From Gammaproteobacteria bacterium (GTDB lineage: Bacteria; Pseudomonadota; Gammaproteobacteria; Ga0077536), in assembly GCA_947450495.1 (NCBI GenBank), contig CANFVX010000003.1, positions 1 through 38,824 on the forward strand: a stretch of DNA of 38,824 nucleotides. The letters are read 5' to 3'. The notes beneath the pieces are model-generated. The model did no database searches and was not told where the DNA came from. It worked only from the letters and a program-made list of their open reading frames with translations. Below are positions 1 through 7,407 of this stretch, one piece after another; position 1 is the stretch's first letter, and each line of letters begins with the position of its first letter. A program made the position numbers and the translations under genes.

Positions 1-1380
1 CATGCCCGCCCCCGTGCCTTTGGCCTTGGTGGTGTAGAAGGGCTCGAATACCTGATTGAGGTGCTCGGCGGCGATACCGCAGCCGGTGTCGGTCACGCTC
101 AGCATCACGAAGTCGCCTGAAACCGCCTCGAGTTCGTGGGGGAACTGCTCGTGGCTTAGCGTCACGTTGGCGGTTTCAATCCGCAGTTGGCCACCCTTCG
201 GCATGGCATCTCGCGCGTTGAGGGCAAGATAGAGCAGCGTGTTTTCCAGTTGGGAGGAGTCGACCAGCGTGGGCCACAGGGCGGGCTCCTGCTCGATGTC
301 GATCACGATGCGGGCGTCTAGCGTGCGTCTGAGCACTTCGCGAATGGCATCAACCGTTTTATTGACATCCTGCAGTTCGGGTCGCAACGCATTCCGCTGG
401 GCAAAGGTCAGTAGCCGGCTGGTAAGTTCAGACCCCCGGCGAGCGGCCCGGCTAATTTCGTTCGCCATGCCGTGCAGCGACGGTTGGGCGGCCAATCGCT
501 GTACCAGTAATTCGGCGTAGCCCAAAGTCACCGTCAGCACGTTGTTAAAATCGTGGGCGACACCCGCGCTCAGTTGCGCGACCGCGTCGAGGCGCTGCGT
601 GCGCTGCGCCAGTTCTTCCTTCGACTTGCGATCGGTCGCATCCCGTTCAATCGCAACCCAGTGGGTGTACCAGCCGGTGGCATCGGCCATCGGCACAATA
701 TCGAGTTCCAGCCAGAAGGGCGTGCCCGCCTTGGTGTAGTTGATGAGCTCGCAACGCACCGGTTGCCACTGATCCATAGCCCGACGAATCAGGTCCAACG
801 CCGTGCGCTGGGTAAGCGCGCCTTGCAGGATGCGGGGAGTTTGGCCAATGGCTTCCTCGCGGGTGAAACCGGTGCGCCGTTCAAACGCATCGTTTACATA
901 GACGATTCGAGGGTAGGGAGTGTCGACGCCACCGGCATCGGTGATGATCACGATGTCGTTCAGGCGATCGAGGGCTTTGCTGAGCAGCGTGCCATCGACT
1001 TCCGATGCTGTGACGGCCCTGGACTCTATGAGTTGAAGCGACCAACCCCAGCTGTGTCCTTGAACGCGCAGGCGCCAGTCGCTGGCACTGGTCCGCAGTG
1101 GGTTTGCCTGTAGCGTTGACACCGCTTCGGCAGAGGTTGTCGCTAGCGCTTGTGCCACGGCTTCCCTGCTCGACACGGGCCAGAGTTCCCAGAGCGGCAT
1201 CCCGATCAATTCGGCGGGATCCAAATTGAACGCGCGCCCGCTGGCGGCATTTGCCTGGGTGATGCGCCACTGCCGATCGGTGAGGAAGAGCGGTTCCGGC
1301 AGGGTGTGGAGCACATCCAGTACAGAGGTCTGGTCGTTTGTGCTGGCCGTCGATGCATCCTGAATGGCGTTGTTGCTCAC
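1..1380 (-). CDS. PAS-PAS sensor histidine kinase (CckA-like H-box), 3'-truncated by the window edge
   Basis: Not in the ORF track because it runs off the edge; translated by hand from GTG at 1380 (AAGGAA upstream). Reads PAS (…RIVYVNDAFERRTGFTREEAIGQTPRILQG…INYTKAGTPFW…), H-box GVAHDFNN, and HATPase FEPFYTTKAKGTGRGM at the edge. Confidence 0.9.
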   Translation of the reverse strand, partial: MSNNAIQDASTASTNDQTSVLDVLHTLPEPLFLTDRQWRITQANAASGRAFNLDPAELIGMPLWELWPVSSREAVAQALATTSAEAVSTLQANPLRTSASDWRLRVQGHSWGWSLQLIESRAVTASEVDGTLLSKALDRLNDIVIITDAGGVDTPYPRIVYVNDAFERRTGFTREEAIGQTPRILQGALTQRTALDLIRRAMDQWQPVRCELINYTKAGTPFWLELDIVPMADATGWYTHWVAIERDATDRKSKEELAQRTQRLDAVAQLSAGVAHDFNNVLTVTLGYAELLVQRLAAQPSLHGMANEISRAARRGSELTSRLLTFAQRNALRPELQDVNKTVDAIREVLRRTLDARIVIDIEQEPALWPTLVDSSQLENTLLYLALNARDAMPKGGQLRIETANVTLSHEQFPHELEAVSGDFVMLSVTDTGCGIAAEHLNQVFEPFYTTKAKGTGAGM

Positions 1381-1540
1381 ATGATTTCCTTATTTGACAG
1401 GCGAAGTATCCGCGAACACTTCGGGCTTGGCACGCGCGGCGAGTCGCACTCCCGCGTCATCGGGGTGGTGAGCCGCGCCGGAACGCAGTTACCATCGCCA
1501 GCTGACCCGTTATTGATAACTTCGGACCAAGAGTGCCCCG

Positions 1541-2626
1541 GTGATGAAAGCGAGCGCTAATCTCCCGCGATGGACCATTGCCAGCCCGGTGCTGGGCTGG
1601 CTGCTTCTGGCCGCAGGCCAGCTGCCACTCGGTCCGTGGTTTTACGGGGTGCTGCTTGTGGGCTTGTTCGCGGCCGTGCTGGCCGCGGTGCATCACGCAG
1701 AAGTGGTGGCGCATCGGGTCGGTGAACCGTTCGGCACGCTGCTGCTCGCGGTTGCCATCACCACCATCGAAGTGGCCTTGATTGTGTCGATGATGATGTC
1801 GGCCGGCGCCGGTGGTGCGGAACTCGCGCGCGATACCGTGTTTGCGGCGGTGATGATTATCCTCAACGGCATTATTGGTCTGTGTCTGCTACTAGGCGCT
1901 TCCCGCCACCGCGAACAGACGTTTCATCAGCATGGCGTGAACGCTTCGCTCACGACGCTGGCCGCGATCGTGGTCCTGACCCTGGTGCTGCCCAACTACA
2001 CGGAAAGCGTGCCGGGCCCGTTCTACAGCGCTAGCCAACTCGCGTTCATCGCGCTGGTGTCGTTGGCGCTTTACGGCACGTTTGTGCTGGTGCAGACCGT
2101 GCGCCACCGGGATTACTTTTTAGCAGTGGACGCAGGTGCCGCAGGCCACGTCCCTCACGCCTCACCGTCAACCCGCACGGCCGTGCTGAGCGGGGTGTTG
2201 ATGGTGATTGGGCTGGGCGCGGTGGTGTTGTTGGCGAAGTCGCTTGCGCCAGTGCTGGAGTCTGCGGTGGAGGCGATAGGCGCGCCACAGGCTTTCGTTG
2301 GCGTCATCATCGCGCTGTTCGTCTTGCTGCCCGAAGGCCTCGCCGCGATTACGGCCGCCCGCCATAACCGCCTGCAAACCAGCCTTAATCTCGCATTGGG
2401 GTCGGCGCTGGCGAGTATCGCGCTCACCATTCCCGTGGTGGCCGCCGTGTCGCTGTGGCAGGGCTGGCCGCTGGCGCTGGGCATCGATCAGAAATCGACC
2501 GTCTTGCTGATGCTGTCCCTGATGGTGGCAACGCTGTCCTTCGGCACCGGCCGCACGACCATCATGCAGGGGGCCGTGCATCTGGTGTTGTTTGCGGTGT
2601 ATTTGTTTACGTCGGTCATTCCCTGA
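1541..2626 (+). CDS. Ca2+/H+ antiporter (ChaA/CaCA family)
   Basis: About 10-11 hydrophobic segments; motifs HHAEVVAHRVGEPFGTLLLAVAITTIE, LARDTVFAAVM, LLPEGLAA, NRLQTSLNLALGSALASI. The start may be ATG 1544. Confidence 0.88.
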   Translation: MMKASANLPRWTIASPVLGWLLLAAGQLPLGPWFYGVLLVGLFAAVLAAVHHAEVVAHRVGEPFGTLLLAVAITTIEVALIVSMMMSAGAGGAELARDTVFAAVMIILNGIIGLCLLLGASRHREQTFHQHGVNASLTTLAAIVVLTLVLPNYTESVPGPFYSASQLAFIALVSLALYGTFVLVQTVRHRDYFLAVDAGAAGHVPHASPSTRTAVLSGVLMVIGLGAVVLLAKSLAPVLESAVEAIGAPQAFVGVIIALFVLLPEGLAAITAARHNRLQTSLNLALGSALASIALTIPVVAAVSLWQGWPLALGIDQKSTVLLMLSLMVATLSFGTGRTTIMQGAVHLVLFAVYLFTSVIP

Positions 2627-2657
2627 TCCGCAGGCTGTTGCCGGCCAAAAGATCCAC

Positions 2658-3539
2658 ATGCGATTTCAATCTCCCGCGCGTGACACCCTGCCGGCGGCGC
2701 GCCTGAGTCATCCCATCTTTGCGCCCTTTGCGGCCTATCGCCCGTTGCTGGAAGGCCCGCAGTGGCCCGCGCTCGAGGCGCTATCGCACTACTGGGCGTC
2801 GCCTTTACACCGGTTTAGCCGGCTGCCGTTGCGATTCGTGGCCCAAACGCCGGCGCTCACGGCCGACGGCTTGCATTACGAGCAGCGCATTTACACACGC
2901 GGTGAAATCGCCACGCGACTGGAGAACTGGCACGACCTGTTTAACGCCTTGATGTGGTTTGAACGCTTCGACCTCAAATGCGCGGTCAACGCGGCCTATA
3001 TCCAGGAGTTTGCGGCGCCTGCCGCAGGACCGCGCACCCGGCGGCAGGCGGCCTTGACGCATTTCGACGAAGGCGGCGCGATTGTGTTGTTACGCACAGG
3101 AGCGAGCCTCTCTTTATGGGACAGCCACGATTGGCCAGCCCTGTTCTCGCCAGCGCACTGGGCCGACTGTCATTCGATCGTGGTGTTTGGTCATGCCTTG
3201 CTGGAACAATGCCTGATGCCCAACGCGCTACCGGTCGCCAAATGCCTGGTGGCGTCTCTGGAATCCGGGCAGGACGCGGCCGAGGGGGTGGCCGCGATGG
3301 CGCTGGAGATTGCGGAAGGTCGCTTGCTACGAGATCCCAAAGATTTGCGCCCGCTGCCATTGGTGGGTATTCCGGGCTGGCATGATGCCGCTGACGACCC
3401 CGCATTTTTCGCCAATACGCCCTGCTTCAGACCTTTGCGGGCAGGACGTTGTTATCCGCCGCTGTGGCATCGGCCACGAGCGGAACATTCAGAATTTCCG
3501 CTAGCTGGGGGCTTGCGACTTACCGTCGCTGCCCGTTAG
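2658..3539 (+). CDS. DUF3025 domain protein
   Basis: Motifs YEQRIY..GEIATR.ENWHDLFNALMW, ALTHFDEGG, VFGHALLE, PLPLVGIPGW; ATG at 2658 just after the upstream stop. Confidence 0.8.
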   Translation: MRFQSPARDTLPAARLSHPIFAPFAAYRPLLEGPQWPALEALSHYWASPLHRFSRLPLRFVAQTPALTADGLHYEQRIYTRGEIATRLENWHDLFNALMWFERFDLKCAVNAAYIQEFAAPAAGPRTRRQAALTHFDEGGAIVLLRTGASLSLWDSHDWPALFSPAHWADCHSIVVFGHALLEQCLMPNALPVAKCLVASLESGQDAAEGVAAMALEIAEGRLLRDPKDLRPLPLVGIPGWHDAADDPAFFANTPCFRPLRAGRCYPPLWHRPRAEHSEFPLAGGLRLTVAAR

Positions 3540-3569
3540 ATCAGCAGCACTACGAGGGGAGCACTTTTC

Positions 3570-4121
3570 ATGCGCAATGCATTGCAGGACCAACTGTTGA
3601 AAGCAGGTCTGGTCAAGGAAAAGGAAGTCAAGGAAGCACACAAGCAGCAGCGGAAGGAAGACCGCCGCACACCGCCCAACAAGGCCGATGCCGCCGCCGA
3701 AGCGCGGGCAAAAAGCGCCCGCGCACAGGCCGAAAAAGCGCAGGCCGAAAAACTGGCGCGCGATCGTGCCCTCAACGCCGAGCGGGAAGCGCGCGCCGCG
3801 CGCAAAGCGCTGGTAGCGCAGGTCGCGCAACTGATCGAACCGCATCGACGCCCTCACAACAACGGCGAAGAGGCCTACAACTTTGTTGATGGCGCGGCGG
3901 TCAAACGCATTTATGTCAACGCCGAGATGCGCGCCGCGCTGGCTGCCGGTGAACTTGCGATCGTCCGGATGCGGAGTCGCTACGCGGTGGTGACGCCGGA
4001 AGGCGCGGCGGCGGTGCAGGCGGTAGCGCCCAATTTCCTGATCATGCAGAACGACGATGCCCCGCCCGTGGTCGATGAGGCCTACCTCGAACATCCGGTG
4101 CCCGACGACCTGACGTGGTGA
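3570..4121 (+). CDS. DUF2058/YaiL family protein
   Basis: N-terminal LQDQLLKAGLV, central AYNFVDG..VKRIYV, C-terminal YLEHPVPDDLTW; GAGGGGAG RBS. Confidence 0.88.
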   Translation: MRNALQDQLLKAGLVKEKEVKEAHKQQRKEDRRTPPNKADAAAEARAKSARAQAEKAQAEKLARDRALNAEREARAARKALVAQVAQLIEPHRRPHNNGEEAYNFVDGAAVKRIYVNAEMRAALAAGELAIVRMRSRYAVVTPEGAAAVQAVAPNFLIMQNDDAPPVVDEAYLEHPVPDDLTW

Positions 4122-4220
4122 GCGTGCTGCACCGGTCGCGCATTCGCGGCGTCGCCCGTAACATGCCGCCATGTTTAACACTGCCCCGCACTGGCGCTAC
4201 GACAATTGGGGGATCCGCTC

Positions 4221-4751
4221 ATGAGTAACTTCATGCCGGAAGACGACGGCTTTATCAGCAAGTCCGCGCTCAAACGCGAACATCACGGAATCCGCGCGCT
4301 GGGCGAGGAGTTGATTGGTCTGGGCGATCGTCAACTCAAGCGACTTAATCTCGAGGAATCCGTTCGCGATGCGGTCATCGAAGGGCGGCGGCTCAAGCAT
4401 GGCGCCCTCCAGCGACACCTTCGCCATCTGGCGAATCTGCTGACCGACATCGATCACACTGCGATCCGCGATGCGCTGGCCGCGATGCGCGAGCCGCATC
4501 GGGTGGACGTGCGGCTGCTGCACGAAGTAGAGCGTTGGCGCGATGCCCTGCTGGCAGGCGACGATGGCTGCATGGCGGAAATTCAAACGCGCTGCCCGGG
4601 CATCGATATGACCCAACTGCGTTCGCTCACCGCTGAAGCCCGCACAGATAAAGCCACCGGGCGTTCGCCTAAATATGCCCGCCAGCTCTTCAGCTTTTTA
4701 CGGCTGGCGCGACAGGCGAGCGTCGCGGCAGTCGCCGCTCAGGACCAATAA
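4221..4751 (+). CDS. yjgA: Ribosome-associated protein YjgA/DarP (DUF615)
   Basis: SKSALKRE…LGEELI, ALQRHLRHLANLL, HEVERWRDALL, KYARQLFSFL are typical of the family. Confidence 0.85.
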   Translation: MSNFMPEDDGFISKSALKREHHGIRALGEELIGLGDRQLKRLNLEESVRDAVIEGRRLKHGALQRHLRHLANLLTDIDHTAIRDALAAMREPHRVDVRLLHEVERWRDALLAGDDGCMAEIQTRCPGIDMTQLRSLTAEARTDKATGRSPKYARQLFSFLRLARQASVAAVAAQDQ

Positions 4752-4801
4752 TCCGCTAACCATCACCGGGCGGCAGGCAGCCGAACCCGCGCAGGACCCC
4801 C

Positions 4802-5635
4802 ATGTTCACGTATCTCAATCCCGCCGTGCGCCAGCGACTCATCGCCAACGGCAAACTCATTCGCATCAACGCGCAGGGCGCGTCCATCAGCGCCGAACTG
4901 CCGCCGCCGGAAGGCGAGCTGGCGATCAATGTGCTGGGCCCGATCCCCTTGCCCGTGCAGCTCGACGGGGTGGAGATCAAGACGCAGTGGTATGCCACGG
5001 TGCGCAGTACCGAACTCGCCAAGGTGGAAGAGCTGGCGCGCGATCTGAATCGACAGGGCGGGCAGCATTTGTTTGCCACGCTGGCTTCCAGTCTGGCGGT
5101 GAACAGCGTGCTCATGATTGGGGAGCCTGCGCAGATGCAAAACCCGTTGGTGCGCGTGCATTCCAGCTGCCTTACGGGCGATGTGTTTGGTTCGCAGCGC
5201 TGCGAATGCGGCCCGCAGTTCACCGCCGCGCTCCAGCGCATCAACCAAGAACCGGGCGGCGGGATGCTGATTTACATGTCTGGACATGAAGGACGAGGCA
5301 TCGGGCTGTGGGCCAAGGCCGCCACCTATCTCCTGCAGGATGCGGGGGAAAATACCTACGAGGCCAACCGCACCCTCGGTTTGCCGGACGACTCCCGAGA
5401 TTTCACCGACGCGGCCGCGCTGCTGCATCACTTCGTCGGTCAGGCGCCGTTTCGGCTGCTGACCAACAATCCGAAAAAGATTCGCGACCTCAACGCCTTC
5501 GGGCTGACCGACATCACGCCGGTGCGCCACATCACCGGCGTGAGCGAATGGAATCGCCGCTACCTCGCGGCCAAGCGCGACTGGGGCCACGCGCTGTCGG
5601 ACCTGGATATCGCCCCTAACGCGCCCAAACCCTGA
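4802..5635 (+). CDS. ribA: GTP cyclohydrolase II (RibA) family protein with an extended, divergent N-terminus
   Basis: RVHSSCLTGDVFGSQRCECG (three Zn-binding Cys), HEGRGIGL, YLLQD, EAN..LG, RLLTNNPKK, RYLAAK..WGH. Confidence 0.82.
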   Translation: MFTYLNPAVRQRLIANGKLIRINAQGASISAELPPPEGELAINVLGPIPLPVQLDGVEIKTQWYATVRSTELAKVEELARDLNRQGGQHLFATLASSLAVNSVLMIGEPAQMQNPLVRVHSSCLTGDVFGSQRCECGPQFTAALQRINQEPGGGMLIYMSGHEGRGIGLWAKAATYLLQDAGENTYEANRTLGLPDDSRDFTDAAALLHHFVGQAPFRLLTNNPKKIRDLNAFGLTDITPVRHITGVSEWNRRYLAAKRDWGHALSDLDIAPNAPKP

Positions 5636-5668
5636 AATCCCGTTAGCCATCGTTCAAGGAGAACCCTC

Positions 5669-6142
5669 ATGTTGAAGACTCGCCTGCAGTCGCTTGCGCT
5701 TGTGGCGCTACTCGGCGTTACCGGCACGCTCAGCGCCGCTGAAGCGACCAAACCGGGCTATGACCGCCACGCGCGCGGCATGGCCGCGCTCAGCACGATC
5801 ACCGGCGACGGCGCCGGCAAGATGGTGGAAAGCCTGCGCGACGTCGCGCCCGAATTGAGCGACTGGGTGATCGACTTCGGTTATGGCGACGTGGTGTCGC
5901 GTCCCGAACTCAGCCTGCACACCCGCGAACTGGCCACCGTCGCCGCGCTGACCGCGCTCGGCAATGCGCAGCCGCAGCTGAAGTCGCACATCAAAGGCGC
6001 GTTGAACGCCGGCTGCACGCCGCGAGAAATCGTGGAGGTGATTATGCAGATGGCCGTGTACGCCGGTTTCCCGGCCGCGATTAACGGCATTCTCGCCGCC
6101 AAGGAAGTGTTTGCCGAGCGCGGGGTGAAGGTCGAGCACTGA
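5669..6142 (+). CDS. Carboxymuconolactone decarboxylase (CMD) family protein with a putative signal peptide
   Basis: FGYGDVVSRPELS..TRELATVAALTALG..PQLKSHIKGALNAG…EVIMQMAVYAGFPAA; N-terminus K/R + hydrophobic core + LSA-AEA; AAGGAG RBS. Confidence 0.88.
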   Translation: MLKTRLQSLALVALLGVTGTLSAAEATKPGYDRHARGMAALSTITGDGAGKMVESLRDVAPELSDWVIDFGYGDVVSRPELSLHTRELATVAALTALGNAQPQLKSHIKGALNAGCTPREIVEVIMQMAVYAGFPAAINGILAAKEVFAERGVKVEH

Positions 6143-6235
6143 GGCCGGGCTGGGCAACGCGGCAGGGCTAGTGAATGACCCTCAATGTGTGCGGTTTGCC
6201 GTTTCAGGCGTCAAAAATTTTAGTGCCACGACTCG

Positions 6236-6320
6236 CCCTTCGACAGGCTCAGGGCGAACGCTAAATTGATGTGAAAGGTCAAACCCCCGTTCGTCCTGAG
6301 CCTGTCAAAGGATGAACGGG
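6236..6320. repeat. REP-like family A, inverted pair (CCCTTCGACAGGCTCAGGGCGAACG … CGTTCGTCCTGAGCCTGTCAAAGGA)
   Basis: Arms at 6236-6260 and 6288-6312 are imperfect reverse complements. The right arm also folds on itself (CCCGTTCGTCCT…AGGATGAACGGG, 6286-6320). The same motif recurs at 11236, 11413 and 11543. Confidence 0.85.
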
Positions 6321-6332
6321 CCGGCACTTTGT

Positions 6333-6416
6333 GAGTTTGGGGTCAGAGTAAAAACTCGAAGAAACGCTTGGGGTCGGCGTCAGTCCGAATAGTTTTTACT
6401 CTGACCCCAAATAGGT
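6333..6416. repeat. REP/MITE-like family B element (TTTGGGGTCAGAGTAAAAACT inverted repeats, 25-nt core)
   Basis: Perfect 21-bp inverted repeat at 6336-6356 / 6391-6411; reverse-complement copies at 11287-11355 and 11464-11532. Confidence 0.88.
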
Positions 6417-6610
6417 GGGGCCATGGGAAAACCGTCGGCACGGGCCTTAAGCGCGCGGCCGGCTTTTCCCGCGCTCTCCATCGGCCATTGTGTGAACCCG
6501 TTCACATCGTTTTGTGCGGTTCGGGCAGGATTGCTTGCGCTTGTAGCGGGGGGAGGGGGATTTTCCGGTCTGCTTTTGAACGACCATTGAATCAACCGGG
6601 AACCAGACTA

Positions 6611-7270
6611 ATGAAAAGAACAACGAAGGCAGTAGCGGCTACGGCGCTGACTGCGCTGAGTTTGATGCTGGCGAGCGGTGCGGAAGCGGCGCTGGTGGAG
6701 CGTTCGTTTGATGCCAACGGTAACGTGCAGGCGATTTACGACGACGTGGCCGGTCTCACCTGGCTTCAGGACGCAAACTACGCGCAGACCTCGGGTTATG
6801 ACGCGGATGGCAGGATGAGGTGGACACAAGCCAACGCCTCGGCCGGGAGTTTGAACATTGATGGTGTGACGGGCTGGCGCTTGCCGGGCGGGCCGATGAA
6901 CGATTACCGCAACACGGTGAGCTACAACCAGACCGCGAGCGAGATGGGTAATTTTTTTTACAACGTGCTGGGCGGTACGGCAGGCAGCAATATCACCACT
7001 ACGCATAACGCCAACTACAACCTCTTCAAAAACGTCCAGCCCCCCTTCTTCTATTGGTCCAGCGTTACATTCAATGGCAGCAACAATTGGGGCTTCAACT
7101 TTGGAAACGGTGGCCAGAACCCCACCGGCAACAGCACCAGTCACTTTGGCTGGGCTGTTCGCTCCGGCGACGTAGGCGCAAGTCCGGTGCCCGTGCCGGG
7201 TGCGCTGGTGTTGATGGGGCCCGCGCTGCTGGGCTTGCTGGGCGTGAAACGAAGCCGGCGCCGGGCTTGA
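6611..7270 (+). CDS. Secreted DUF1566 (Lcl-C/C-type-lectin-like) domain protein with a VPLPA/PEP-CTERM-type sorting signal
   Basis: ATG at 6611 begins a signal peptide (MKRTTK…AEA). Motifs IYD…LTWLQDA, GWRLP, YWSS…WGFNFGNG…WAVR. C-terminal VPVPGA + transmembrane helix + KRSRRRA. Confidence 0.8.
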   Translation: MKRTTKAVAATALTALSLMLASGAEAALVERSFDANGNVQAIYDDVAGLTWLQDANYAQTSGYDADGRMRWTQANASAGSLNIDGVTGWRLPGGPMNDYRNTVSYNQTASEMGNFFYNVLGGTAGSNITTTHNANYNLFKNVQPPFFYWSSVTFNGSNNWGFNFGNGGQNPTGNSTSHFGWAVRSGDVGASPVPVPGALVLMGPALLGLLGVKRSRRRA

Positions 7271-7317
7271 TCAGCGCTTGGGTGTAGGGTCATTTGGCGC
7301 TAGTTTGAAGGGCTTCA

Positions 7318-7334
7318 GGGGGAGGCTTCCCCCC
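7318..7334. terminator. Short GC hairpin between convergent genes (possible terminator)
   Basis: GGGGGA-GGCT-TCCCCC stem-loop. No U-tract on either side, so function is uncertain. Confidence 0.25.
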
Positions 7335-7407
7335 GCAGGCTTAAGACCTGCGAGACCTTGAGGGCAAACGCGGCGCGCGTCGATGCAAGCAAGCACGCCG
7401 CGCTGCC

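Noticed and set aside
553-1560. Plus-strand ORFs (186 aa and 136 aa)
   Set aside because: Antisense to the well-supported histidine kinase on the minus strand.
6520-6540. Sigma54 promoter (GGCAGGATTGCTTGC) upstream of the CTERM gene
   Set aside because: GG-to-GC spacing is 11 nt rather than the strict 10 nt.
6368-6610. N-terminal extension of the 300-aa ORF
   Set aside because: Starts inside the family B repeat. The signal peptide begins at ATG 6611.
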